From IMG/VR virus record IMGVR_UViG_3300029319_000038, positions 1 through 62,077 of that record: DNA of 62,077 bases; one strand, written 5' to 3'. This DNA comes from a virus (lineage: Duplodnaviria > Caudoviricetes). Position 1 is the stretch's first letter; every line of letters starts with the position of its first letter. Of this stretch, positions 39,446 through 48,243 are shown piece by piece. The notes under the pieces were generated by a model, which saw nothing but the letters and a program-made list of their open reading frames with translations, had not been told where the DNA came from and ran no database searches. The translations under genes were made by a program, and so were the position numbers.

Positions 39446-40033
39446 ATGAAGAAGCTTTTAAATGAATCCGAAATCCGTAAATTTATGAAATTTGCAAACA
39501 TTGGCACTCTCACCGATGGCTTTGTCGAGCGTCTTACTGAGTCTGAGATGGCTGAAGAGAAGCTGGAAGAGCGCGGAATGCCAATGAAAGATGATGATGA
39601 AGAAATGAAAGATGACGATGACTTGCGTGAAGGTGAGTCTGTCGATGAAATGCGCGCCATGAAAGATGATGATGAAATGCGCGAAGGCGAGCATGAGGGC
39701 GATGAGCCTGCAATGGACGCAATGGACGCAGATGAAGAGCCAGCTCTTGACGACGCCGAAGGCGATGTTGAAGCTGAAGTTAGCGTTGAAGCAGAAGATG
39801 TGCAAGCGCTTAAAGTGGCTCGTGATGTAATTGATCAGATCCTTGCAGGCGCTGGCGACATGGACGACATGGGTGACATGGACGATCCTATGGGAGATAT
39901 GGACCCTATGGACGCACCAGAAGATGAGCTTGAAGAAGCAGACATCTATCTTGAAGAGGATCTTGATGAGGATATCGTGAGCGAGGTTACTCGCAGAGTT
40001 GCAGCCCGCCTTTTAGCAGCTCAAAGTGACTAG
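39446..40033 (+). CDS. Highly acidic candidate prohead core/internal protein
   Basis: MKKLLNESEIRKFMKFA leader; many L/M-x-E sites; D/M repeats; own late motif and terminator. Confidence 0.65.
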   Translation: MKKLLNESEIRKFMKFANIGTLTDGFVERLTESEMAEEKLEERGMPMKDDDEEMKDDDDLREGESVDEMRAMKDDDEMREGEHEGDEPAMDAMDADEEPALDDAEGDVEAEVSVEAEDVQALKVARDVIDQILAGAGDMDDMGDMDDPMGDMDPMDAPEDELEEADIYLEEDLDEDIVSEVTRRVAARLLAAQSD

Positions 40034-40056
40034 GCAGAATTTTAAAAGCTAAACAC

Positions 40057-40085
40057 AAGGCAGGGGAGACCCTGCCTTTTTTTTT
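40057..40085 (+). terminator. Intrinsic terminator
   Basis: AAGGCAGGG-GAGA-CCCTGCCTT followed by T run. Confidence 0.9.
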
Positions 40086-40097
40086 GGAGTATAAAAA

Positions 40098-40772
40098 ATG
40101 AACTTAAGCAGCAAAGAAAAAAAAAGTGATGTAGATAATAAAGAAAAAAACAATAACGACAAAGAAGCTGCTGAGTTAGCTTCTCTAATCAACTTGGCTC
40201 TTGAAAAGCCAGAGATGAGGTCGGTCGCTCTTTACGGTGACGTTAATGAAGAGAAAGCCTCTGAGCTAGTTTATGGTCTTTTAGCGTTAAGCAGCAGTGC
40301 AGTGCGAAATGTTTTAAGCGACCCAGAGGACGTTGAGTCTGACATAATACAGGTTGTCGATCCAATTGATCTCTATGTTTCAAGCTACGGAGGTCAAGCT
40401 ACAGAAATGTTCTCTCTGTACGATATTATCCGCAAAGTCAGGGAAGAGACGCCAATTAGAACTTATGGGCTAGGTAAAGTTATGTCCGCTGGTGTGTTGG
40501 TGCTGGCATCTGGAACAAGAGGCGAAAGAAGAGTTGGCAAGCATTGCAGGGTCATGATTCATGGAGTTGTCTCAGGACAACAAGGATATCTTGCGGACAT
40601 TGAAAATGAGTTTGCTGAAACAAAGTTTACACAAAAAATGTATATTAAAGCTTTAGCTGAAGAAACAAACATGACAGAGAAATATATTAAAAATTTAATG
40701 GATAAAAAAACTAATGTCTACATTGATGCAGAGGAAGCAGTTAATTTAGGAATTGCTGACATTGTTTTCTAA
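40098..40772 (+). CDS. clpP: ClpP-like protease
   Basis: SSYGG, LGKVMSAG (Ser), VMIHG (His), AEEAV.LGIAD. Confidence 0.85.
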   Translation: MNLSSKEKKSDVDNKEKNNNDKEAAELASLINLALEKPEMRSVALYGDVNEEKASELVYGLLALSSSAVRNVLSDPEDVESDIIQVVDPIDLYVSSYGGQATEMFSLYDIIRKVREETPIRTYGLGKVMSAGVLVLASGTRGERRVGKHCRVMIHGVVSGQQGYLADIENEFAETKFTQKMYIKALAEETNMTEKYIKNLMDKKTNVYIDAEEAVNLGIADIVF

Positions 40773-40775
40773 TTA
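40768..40775 (+). promoter_or_regulatory. Late-type promoter motif TCTAATTA
   Basis: Directly upstream of the 40793 ORF RBS. Confidence 0.5.
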
Positions 40776-40792
40776 CAACTAGGAGTTTATCT

Positions 40793-42220
40793 ATGCATGA
40801 CAAAGAGTTACAATTTTTAAAAGAGAATTACGTTAACGAACAACAAATCACACTTAGTACAATTTATGAACTAATTGATGAGCAGCTTAGTAGGCTTGAT
40901 GAAAAGAGCGAATCGCGCTTTAGTATGACCTTTTCACTGCCTGTTCTGTCGCCTACAGAGGCATGGGGTGATCCAAGCTCACAAAGCAGAAGAGAAATCC
41001 AAAGAATCTTTGCTGCGATATCGGGCGGTCAAGATCTCCGCGCCAGGATACAAAGTGTTAATTCTTTCTTGGACTTGAAGTTGGCTAAACGAAAAACTTC
41101 GCCACAACGAATTATCAGCATGATGATGATTATTGAAGCGCTGCAAGCTACGTTAAATGATTTTAATGAAAGCGCTGCAGGCTTTGTCTTCGAGGGCTTT
41201 TTAGCGGCACTAACAGGTGGAAAGCAAATCGCCGGTAAAGTTAAAGGAACCCTGCCAATTGAAGACTTTGTTGCTTTTTCAGAGTTTGGATCTGAGCAGC
41301 CAGTCAGCTTAAAACTGCTGAGTGGCAAGACGCCGGTAAAAGGTAGCTTTACAAACCTGGTTGACTTTTTATTGGTTCGAGGCGCGCCTGCGATTAAGTA
41401 CATGGTGGCTTACAAAAAAGTATCGGGTGACGATGTTGTTGAACAGCTAAACATAATGACCTTTGACGTTACAATAGAAAATTTCGTTAAGTTTATGGAG
41501 TCTGTTTCTGGAGGTCTCGACCTGATAAGAACAAGCGGTGGCAAAATGTCGGTTGAAGATGCTTTTGCAAAATACGCAGCAGATGGCGAATCAGCTCTGC
41601 CCGATATTGCTGAAACTATTGTAAGCATGTCAGGCTACGATAAGCAAAGAGGCTTGCTCGTGAATTATTTAAAAACTGGAGAACTGCCTAAAGAAAAAAC
41701 ACCAGAGGAGCAAGAGGCTGAGAGAGCAGCACGAACTATTTCCAAAGCCAAAGATTTTAAGAGAACAACCAAAGGCATGAATCTAACTGAATCTATTCAC
41801 CATGCAATCCTTAACAAAAAATTATGCATGAATGAGGCTTTTCATTTCTTAGAGAAAAGCCATATCAACGATGAACAGTTATTAGCAGAGGCTTCAATAG
41901 GCGTCTCTCAGTTTGCTGCTAGCTTGCCACAAATTGAGGGGTTGAAAGATACCATAAATCTTGAATACTATGGGGTGCTTGATTTGTCACAAGGCAACAT
42001 TGACAAATTAGCTGAAATATACTCAGAAACTTTGGGTGATCAAATTAAATTATTACTCACCAGGACAAAAGACTTAACCGATAATATTAGCGCTTATTTT
42101 AGTGAAAAACAGCGCAGCAGAGCCCAAGCAGCAGGTGTTACAGCACAACAAAAAGCAAAAGAGGTCAAGGATGTCTTGGAAGAAGATCCAAGATTTAAAA
42201 AATCTGACGTGGAAAGTTAA
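40793..42220 (+). CDS. Candidate internal virion protein with possible nuclease-like core
   Basis: LKE/VNE/LDE leader; AGFVFEGFLAAL...PIEDF...SLKLL. Confidence 0.55.
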   Translation: MHDKELQFLKENYVNEQQITLSTIYELIDEQLSRLDEKSESRFSMTFSLPVLSPTEAWGDPSSQSRREIQRIFAAISGGQDLRARIQSVNSFLDLKLAKRKTSPQRIISMMMIIEALQATLNDFNESAAGFVFEGFLAALTGGKQIAGKVKGTLPIEDFVAFSEFGSEQPVSLKLLSGKTPVKGSFTNLVDFLLVRGAPAIKYMVAYKKVSGDDVVEQLNIMTFDVTIENFVKFMESVSGGLDLIRTSGGKMSVEDAFAKYAADGESALPDIAETIVSMSGYDKQRGLLVNYLKTGELPKEKTPEEQEAERAARTISKAKDFKRTTKGMNLTESIHHAILNKKLCMNEAFHFLEKSHINDEQLLAEASIGVSQFAASLPQIEGLKDTINLEYYGVLDLSQGNIDKLAEIYSETLGDQIKLLLTRTKDLTDNISAYFSEKQRSRAQAAGVTAQQKAKEVKDVLEEDPRFKKSDVES

Positions 42221-42229
42221 AATCTAATC

Positions 42230-42257
42230 TTGATTTAATTTATAATGTGCTTATATT
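42230..42257 (+). promoter_or_regulatory. Sigma70-like promoter TTGATT-N16-TATATT
   Basis: Recurrent class; upstream of groEL. Confidence 0.6.
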
Positions 42258-42275
42258 AATCTCAGAGAGGTATAT

Positions 42276-43847
42276 GTGAGTAAACAATACACTGACAACG
42301 AAGAGTTGCAAAAAAAGATTTTGTCTGGAGTTAATAAGCTAGCTGATAACGTAGCAGCGACTTTAGGTCCAAAAGGTAGAAATGTTCTGTTAGCTGCCAG
42401 CGATGGCAATCCCATGGTTACAAAAGATGGCGTAACTGTTGCAAAGTTTGTTCATCTTGAGGATCCGTTTGAAAATGCAGCTGCACAATTATTAAAGCAA
42501 GTTGCATCTGAAACTGCTAATCTGGCAGGCGATGGCACAACAACTTCAACGGTGCTTGCCAGAGAGATCTATGCAAAAAGCCAGAAGTATCTGGCAGCAG
42601 GATCATCGCCTATAGAGCTTAAACGAGGCATGGACAAGGCTGTTGACGCCGTTGTAAACAAAATAAAAAACATGTCTAAACCTGTCGAGTCAATGGAAGA
42701 TATTGAGCATGTGGCTACAATTTCAGCTAACAATGATGAATCTATTGGCAAACTAATATCAAAAGCTGCTGAGCAAGCTGGTCATGATGGCGCTATCACT
42801 GTTGAAGAAGCAAAATCATTTGACACTAGCCTAGAGGTTATTGAAGGCTTCAGGTTTGCTTCAGGATATTTTGCACAGGCTTTTGTCAACAACGAACGAA
42901 GAAACGCTGTTGAATATGATGACGCACTAGTGTTGGTCACAGACCACAAGATAGACTCAGTGCAGGAACTTTTACCTGTACTTGAGCTGGTAGCCAGGGA
43001 GTCAAAGCCTTTTGTTCTGGTTGCTGAGCAAGTTGAAGGACAGGCACTAGCAGCTTTAATTATGAATACTGTAAGAGGCTCAATGAAAGTTTCAGCAGTG
43101 AAAGCGCCAGAGTATGGGCAAGAGCGTAGAAACATCATGTCTGACTTGTGCTTGTCTGTTGGTGCTAACTTCATTACTCGTGAGTCAGGCAAGAAGCTGT
43201 CTGAGGTTGTGTTGTCTGATTTAGGTGTGTGCAAGAAAGTAGAGATCCTAAAAAACATGACAACTTTCGTTGGTGGTTCGGCTGACTGGGAAAAGATTGA
43301 AAAGAAGATTGAATCAATTAAAGCCGAGATCAAGCAAACAGAAGACATGGGCGAATGTCGCAAGTTACAGCACAGGATCACACGTCTTACAAGTGGAGTC
43401 GCTGTTATCAAAGTTGGCGCGCCAACTGAAGTAGAGATGATTGAGAAGAAGCATAGAATCGAAGATGCTTTAGAGGCAGTCAAATCTGCACAAGCCGAAG
43501 GCACAGTTGCTGGAGGTGGCTCTGCCCTTGTAAGTTGCATGGACTTTGAGATTGATGCTGAGAATGAAGATCAGACACTAGGTGCAAATATCATTCGCTC
43601 ATCTCTCTCAGCGCCAATCAAGCAAATGTGCAAAAATGCTAATGAAAGCGCTGACTTAATTATTGAAAGAATAATTAATGCAGATGAAAATCATGGCTGG
43701 GATTTTAAGAACAACTGCTTGGTCAATATGTACGAAAGCGGTATTATTGATCCAGCCAAAGTTACAAGGGTTGCTTTGCAGAACGCTACGTCCGTCTCTT
43801 CTATTCTTGTAACTACAAGTAACGCTATTGTGGAGGTTAAAAAATGA
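42276..43847 (+). CDS. groEL: Chaperonin GroEL
   Basis: TLGPKGRNV, TKDGVTVA, AGDGTTT, GIIDPAKV; no GGM tail. Confidence 0.95.
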   Translation: MSKQYTDNEELQKKILSGVNKLADNVAATLGPKGRNVLLAASDGNPMVTKDGVTVAKFVHLEDPFENAAAQLLKQVASETANLAGDGTTTSTVLAREIYAKSQKYLAAGSSPIELKRGMDKAVDAVVNKIKNMSKPVESMEDIEHVATISANNDESIGKLISKAAEQAGHDGAITVEEAKSFDTSLEVIEGFRFASGYFAQAFVNNERRNAVEYDDALVLVTDHKIDSVQELLPVLELVARESKPFVLVAEQVEGQALAALIMNTVRGSMKVSAVKAPEYGQERRNIMSDLCLSVGANFITRESGKKLSEVVLSDLGVCKKVEILKNMTTFVGGSADWEKIEKKIESIKAEIKQTEDMGECRKLQHRITRLTSGVAVIKVGAPTEVEMIEKKHRIEDALEAVKSAQAEGTVAGGGSALVSCMDFEIDAENEDQTLGANIIRSSLSAPIKQMCKNANESADLIIERIINADENHGWDFKNNCLVNMYESGIIDPAKVTRVALQNATSVSSILVTTSNAIVEVKK

Positions 43848-44176
43848 AAGTAAGAGTTTCCTATAATACAGATTTAGAGGATGTTCCAGATATTGTTGAT
43901 GGCATCCTTGCAAAATGTCGCAGCAATTTAGAATCTAACATTGCTAAAATTAGAATTGATCATTCTGGTCATCAAAAAACTGTAGAAAATTTGGTTGGTA
44001 TTAGAGACGCAATGGCGCTTGTCGATGAGCAAATACAAGACTGTATTAATCTTTATTCTGGCTGGCACAATGCAGTTAGTCCTGATATAAAACATGAGGT
44101 CGAACCACCGGAGCCCGTGCCAGACACGAGAAAAATGCCAGCAGTCGACGAGGAAGATTTTGAACAGCAAATTTAA
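43844..44176 (+). CDS. Hypothetical protein
   Basis: GGAGG RBS, coupled to groEL. Confidence 0.7.
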   Translation: MKVRVSYNTDLEDVPDIVDGILAKCRSNLESNIAKIRIDHSGHQKTVENLVGIRDAMALVDEQIQDCINLYSGWHNAVSPDIKHEVEPPEPVPDTRKMPAVDEEDFEQQI

Positions 44177-44348
44177 AATAGGTGATTTGGTGCATGTTCC
44201 ATCTGAAACTGTACTTTATAAAGCATCTACGTTTGTTAAGCTTAAAAAACCAAGAAAATTGCTCATAGTTGATCAGAAATTAGATGAATATAAGGTTTTT
44301 TATGAGGGACAAGAGTGGTCCGTTAGTAGTAGTGACATTTATCAGTAA
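44160..44348 (+). CDS. Small 'KIGDLV' SH3-like protein
   Basis: TTG start after GAGGA; FKIGDLV motif. Confidence 0.55.
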   Translation: MNSKFKIGDLVHVPSETVLYKASTFVKLKKPRKLLIVDQKLDEYKVFYEGQEWSVSSSDIYQ

Positions 44349-44360
44349 AAGGAGAAAAAA

Positions 44361-44651
44361 GTGATTAAATTAAACGAAATTTACAAAACAGCAAAAGGGT
44401 ATAATCCAAAAAGAGAGAGAGTCGATGTGACCTACGGTTTGAGAGAATTATATGTAAATCCCAGCCACATTGTCCTGGCAAGAGAAAATGAAGAACTTAG
44501 ACATGCCAATGCCGAGAGTTCTATAATTGATGATTTAAGTCCTGAAGCTAGATTTAGCGAGGTTATAATTTCTTCTCAAGGGCAGTCATCCAGAATTGTT
44601 GATGTGGTTGCCTCTCCATCTCAAATCGCACATTTATGCAGGGGTGAATAA
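44361..44651 (+). CDS. Hypothetical protein
   Basis: AAGGAG RBS, GTG start. Confidence 0.7.
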   Translation: MIKLNEIYKTAKGYNPKRERVDVTYGLRELYVNPSHIVLARENEELRHANAESSIIDDLSPEARFSEVIISSQGQSSRIVDVVASPSQIAHLCRGE

Positions 44652-44893
44652 TGTCTTACATAGTATTCTTAAAAAACAACTGTCCTTATTGTGTGGAGAC
44701 CATTAATCTTTTAAATAGCAAGGGATTGAATTACCAAACGATCTCTCTTGACCAGGCTCCCGCTAATGTATTAGCCGACATAAAAAGTGCTTATGAATGG
44801 AGCACCGTACCAATTGTGTTTTCAAAACAAGGAAAAGAAACAAATCTTATCGGTGGCTATACAGATTTAAAAAAAGAGTTAGCAAGTGAGTAA
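44651..44893 (+). CDS. Glutaredoxin
   Basis: CPYC, TVP, IGGYTDL. Confidence 0.9.
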   Translation: MSYIVFLKNNCPYCVETINLLNSKGLNYQTISLDQAPANVLADIKSAYEWSTVPIVFSKQGKETNLIGGYTDLKKELASE

Positions 44894-45257
44894 GAAAGAA
44901 TCTACAGAAAAATTATACACGTTGCCACGCGATTATGCTGAAGACTTACTAGACGAAGTTAGTGAAGTGATAGAAGTTTGCCTGGAAAACATTGAGCACA
45001 TTAGGCATGACCAACACACGTTTAAAAAAACTCTCTTATCGCTTATTGTTGATTGTCTGTGGTCTAACTTTTCAATAAAAAAATTAATTAACTTGCATGT
45101 CTTGGGTGATCCTGTGCCCTATATAGATGAGGAGACCGGAGAAGAAAGCCTGATGATAACAAGTACGACTTTAAAAAGCCTTCAAGATTTCGTTATTGCT
45201 AGACACTTGGCAAACGCAGAGCTATCAAGATATTCAATTTCTGTGAGTATGCATTAA
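44886..45257 (+). CDS. Hypothetical protein
   Basis: Overlap-coupled ORF. Confidence 0.6.
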   Translation: MSKKESTEKLYTLPRDYAEDLLDEVSEVIEVCLENIEHIRHDQHTFKKTLLSLIVDCLWSNFSIKKLINLHVLGDPVPYIDEETGEESLMITSTTLKSLQDFVIARHLANAELSRYSISVSMH

Positions 45258-45607
45258 TGATAAATAGCAACATAGCTCTAGGGTTCTTGTTTTACACCAT
45301 AGGGCACATTTTTGCTTGGTATCAATTTAACTCACAATTTGTTTGGTCCTGGGCAAAATCAAATTTGGTCGTTCCAGTGTTTTTGTTTGCTATACCAATG
45401 GGTCTGTGCTTTTTGTATGGCACAAAAATACTTGTTGAGGAAACGAGCCAGCTTTGGGCGGCAAGATTTGTTGGCTTTGGCGCATCCTATGCGGTGTTTC
45501 CTATTTTAACTTGGTATTACATGAACGAGAGCATGTTTACCTTTAAAACAATCTCCTGTCTTTTTCTAGCTTGTATGATTCTGTACATACAGCTTTTTTT
45601 AAAATAA
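45257..45607 (+). CDS. Small multi-pass membrane protein (DMT/SMR-like)
   Basis: About four hydrophobic helices in 116 aa. Confidence 0.6.
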   Translation: MINSNIALGFLFYTIGHIFAWYQFNSQFVWSWAKSNLVVPVFLFAIPMGLCFLYGTKILVEETSQLWAARFVGFGASYAVFPILTWYYMNESMFTFKTISCLFLACMILYIQLFLK

Positions 45608-45610
45608 TAC

Positions 45611-45638
45611 TTGTCTCTTGATTCGCGGTGCTTATGTT
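45611..45638 (+). promoter_or_regulatory. Sigma70-like promoter TTGTCT-N16-TATGTT
   Basis: Recurrent class; upstream of the hsp20 leader. Confidence 0.5.
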
Positions 45639-45644
45639 TTATGT

Positions 45645-45697
45645 GACAGTGCTTTATGGCTGTCGAACATAACTTGCTATAATAGGAGAAAATTGTT
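45645..45697 (+). promoter_or_regulatory. ROSE-like RNA thermometer candidate in the hsp20 5' UTR
   Basis: 5' hairpin GACAGT/GCTGTC, then CTTGCTA-TAA-TAGGAG pairing the SD with a bulged G. Confidence 0.6.
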
Positions 45698-46132
45698 ATG
45701 ACTACTTTAACTACTTACAAGCCTGGACTTTTAGGGCGCAGTGTTTTTGATGATATTTTTGATTCAATGTTGGATCTTCCAGCGCTTATGGACCGCACTA
45801 CACAAGGATATCCTGTCGCTGATATTTATAAAGCCTCAGATGGTTCAACTGTGATGGAGTTCGCTCTCGCCGGCTTCAAAAGAGATAATTTACACGTAGA
45901 GATTATCCCAGAAAAAAGAGAGATCCATGTTAGCGCAGACTCCCATGGAGATGAAGAGAGGGATAATTTTAAATCGCGACGTATAGCGCGCCGAGCCTTC
46001 CATAAGACTTTTGTTAACTATGATGGTGACCTAGATTTATCAAAGGCAGAAGCTAAATATAACGATGGTCTATTGCGGATTAATTTACCCCTAAAGCCTG
46101 AGGCTGACAGTATTAAGCTGAGTATTGGGTAA
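45698..46132 (+). CDS. Small heat-shock protein (Hsp20/IbpA-like)
   Basis: YP..DI, EFALAGF, RIARRAF, A.YNDGLLRI.LP. Confidence 0.88.
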   Translation: MTTLTTYKPGLLGRSVFDDIFDSMLDLPALMDRTTQGYPVADIYKASDGSTVMEFALAGFKRDNLHVEIIPEKREIHVSADSHGDEERDNFKSRRIARRAFHKTFVNYDGDLDLSKAEAKYNDGLLRINLPLKPEADSIKLSIG

Positions 46133-46141
46133 CAAATAAAT

Positions 46142-46187
46142 CTCTTTGACCTTCCGAAGGTATATTTATTTTAGGAGGGTCAAAGAG
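46142..46187 (+). promoter_or_regulatory. 14-bp hairpin sequestering the def RBS, with late-like TATATTTA in its loop
   Basis: CTCTTTGACCTTCC (46142-55) pairs with GGAGGGTCAAAGAG (46174-87). Confidence 0.65.
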
Positions 46188-46636
46188 TGTTTCAGTACGT
46201 TACTGATATGCAGCAACTTAATAAACCTTGCAAACCCTGTAAAACTTTGCACGATGGTCTACAATTGGGTCAAAGATTACTTCATGTGCTTGAGCGCTCT
46301 AACGATGGAGTTGGCTTGGCAGCAAATCAAATTGGCATCGATTCAAGAGTCTGTGTTGTAAAAGTCACAAAGCCAATCATATTGATCAATCCAGAGATAA
46401 TCGGCAAGTTTGGTAAAAGTTTCTTTCAAGAAGGTTGTCTTTCATTTAAAGGTGACTATGTTCTAACAGAGAGATGGACAGACATTGTAGTAAAAGCAGA
46501 CAACCACAAAAACAACTTGTTCTTTTCATTTAAGAACAACGCATTAGAGTGTGTTTGTGTGCAGCATGAGATTGACCATTTAAATGGTATTACAATGTTT
46601 GACAGAGCCGTAGACAAGGAGAAATTAAATGGCTAG
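46187..46636 (+). CDS. def: Peptide deformylase
   Basis: GVGLAANQIG, EGCLS, QHEIDHLNG. Confidence 0.92.
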   Translation: MFQYVTDMQQLNKPCKPCKTLHDGLQLGQRLLHVLERSNDGVGLAANQIGIDSRVCVVKVTKPIILINPEIIGKFGKSFFQEGCLSFKGDYVLTERWTDIVVKADNHKNNLFFSFKNNALECVCVQHEIDHLNGITMFDRAVDKEKLNG

Positions 46637-46811
46637 AGTTAACGAAAACACTAAAACATCAACAAGCAACAAGAAAACTAATCAAGGCAATGGTATGTTT
46701 TCAAAGAAAAACTGTGCAGGTGGAGAAACTTTTATCGATGGTCATCGCTCTGGAAGCCCACCAAGCCGTTCCCGTCGTCGAAAGAAAACCTATCGAGGAC
46801 AAGGCAGATGA
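46629..46811 (+). CDS. Small basic protein
   Basis: AAGGAG RBS; ends SRRRKKTYRGQGR. Confidence 0.65.
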   Translation: MARVNENTKTSTSNKKTNQGNGMFSKKNCAGGETFIDGHRSGSPPSRSRRRKKTYRGQGR

Positions 46812-46963
46812 CAAAGGAAATGGAGCAGCCGTATATACAATTGCCCATACCGAACTATTTACCTATGGAAAAACCGGAATTCCTTGAGCCCAAAGATAAG
46901 GATAAGCACGATCGCCAAGAAGACTCCGATGAAAATCCAAGAGTAATTATTATTGATATCTAG
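46808..46963 (+). CDS. Small protein (51 aa, not in ORF track)
   Basis: MTKEMEQPYIQLPIP...ENPRVIIIDI; ATGA overlap with the previous stop. Confidence 0.6.
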   Translation: MTKEMEQPYIQLPIPNYLPMEKPEFLEPKDKDKHDRQEDSDENPRVIIIDI

Positions 46964-46972
46964 GAGATAACT

Positions 46973-47146
46973 ATGAGAGTTTACGTTCCCAACAAACAAG
47001 AGGACGTTATAACTGAAGTATTGAAAGATCTTTATTTATTAAAGCAAAGCATTGAACATGCTGCCTCGACGTCAGAAGCAAGAGCTGCAGCAGTTGACAA
47101 GATTAGAGACAAACTTAAAGAATTACTTCAAAAAGAAGAGGTGTAA
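46973..47146 (+). CDS. Small helical protein (57 aa, not in ORF track)
   Basis: AGGAG RBS; MRVYVPNKQEDVITEVLKDL... Confidence 0.65.
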   Translation: MRVYVPNKQEDVITEVLKDLYLLKQSIEHAASTSEARAAAVDKIRDKLKELLQKEEV

Positions 47147-47147
47147 G

Positions 47148-47330
47148 TTGTACAAGATTAATCATGTACGTCATGGCTGCTATGAAGTTCTCTTAGAAAC
47201 TAAGAGCAAGACTTTATATTTAACAAACTTTCGTAACAAGAAAGCAGTTGAGGCTTTCATTAAGCAGCATAAGAAAGGAAAGGTTCAGATAGACTGGGAC
47301 ACAGGGATACCTACCCCAGACTTTAAGTAA
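47148..47330 (+). CDS. Hypothetical protein
   Basis: TTG start after GAGG; 3' part of track ORF 47052..47330. Confidence 0.55.
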   Translation: MYKINHVRHGCYEVLLETKSKTLYLTNFRNKKAVEAFIKQHKKGKVQIDWDTGIPTPDFK

Positions 47331-47403
<73 letters not shown>

Positions 47404-47431
47404 TTTATTATCTTCAAAAAAGGAGTTTATT

Positions 47432-47764
47432 ATGAAGATGTTAATGACAATGCTAGTGATGTCGCTAGCGCTTGTAGGATGTGGCGATTCAGATGACCCT
47501 GTTGCTCCAGTGCAGGAGGAAGAGGTAGTGTCTGATGTCGTTGAGTCTGACGCAGAAGTTTCTGATTCTGATGTTGACTCTGCTGACGATGTTTCTATGT
47601 TAGATGCAGAGGAAGACGCAGCCGAGGAGGTTGAAGAAGCAGCTGCAGAAGAGGCAGAAGAAGAAGCCGAGGAGGAAGAGGAAGCAGCAATGGATGGAGA
47701 CCCCACTCGCTTTGGCGGTGAGAACTTTTCATCACAGTTTGTTCCAGCTTCTCAGATCCCATAA
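47432..47764 (+). CDS. Acidic putative lipoprotein
   Basis: Lipobox LVGC, followed by a D/E/A-rich low-complexity body. Confidence 0.75.
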   Translation: MKMLMTMLVMSLALVGCGDSDDPVAPVQEEEVVSDVVESDAEVSDSDVDSADDVSMLDAEEDAAEEVEEAAAEEAEEEAEEEEEAAMDGDPTRFGGENFSSQFVPASQIP

Positions 47765-47792
47765 GATCACGGGCGCTTAGCGCCCAACTTTT

Positions 47793-47879
47793 GGCTGAGT
47801 GGTGGAATTGGCATACACAACAGACTTAAAATCTGTCGCCCAATTGGGCTTGCGGGTTCGAGTCCCGCCTCAGCTACCA
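47793..47879 (+). tRNA. tRNA-Leu(TAA)
   Basis: ACAGA-CTTAAAA-TCTGT anticodon arm, long variable arm, encoded CCA. Confidence 0.92.
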
Positions 47880-47884
47880 AACAT

Positions 47885-47956
47885 GGTCCCATCGTCTAGC
47901 GGTTAGGATGTCGCCCTTTCACGGCGAAGACAGGGGTTCGATTCCCCTTGGGACTA
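47885..47956 (+). tRNA. tRNA-Glu(TTC), CCA not encoded
   Basis: GGTCCCA/TGGGACT acceptor stem, CTTTCAC anticodon loop. Confidence 0.9.
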
Positions 47957-47973
47957 CACGCACGGAGGAAAAA

Positions 47974-48141
47974 ATGAAGTACGTTTTTATTATCGCAGTT
48001 ATCATTGGTTTATCAGGATGCCGAGTTGCTTATCCGTCCATTGGTGTGAAGGCTCCTAAATGGAAGAAGTGTGTTACTGTGCACCAATGTTACGGTGGTA
48101 ATCACAACTGCCGTAAGATAGTGACTTGCTACCGTGGATAA
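47974..48141 (+). CDS. Small Cys-rich putative lipoprotein
   Basis: GGAGG RBS; MKYVFIIAVIIGLSGC lipobox. Confidence 0.7.
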   Translation: MKYVFIIAVIIGLSGCRVAYPSIGVKAPKWKKCVTVHQCYGGNHNCRKIVTCYRG

Positions 48142-48146
48142 GACAC

Positions 48147-48223
48147 GGGCTCTTAGCTCAGTTGGTTAGAGCCCCCCGCTCATAACGGGGTAGTCCTCGG
48201 TTCGAGTCCGAGAGAGCCCACCA
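48147..48223 (+). tRNA. tRNA with CAT anticodon (Ile2-like or elongator Met)
   Basis: GGGCTCT/AGAGCCC acceptor with G1-C72 (not an initiator), CTCATAA loop, encoded CCA. Confidence 0.9.
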
Positions 48224-48243
48224 AACACTACTTACTATGAAAT

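Noticed and set aside
47908-47973. 5' extension of ORF 47908..48141
   Set aside because: Overlaps tRNA-Glu; the real start is ATG 47974 after GGAGG
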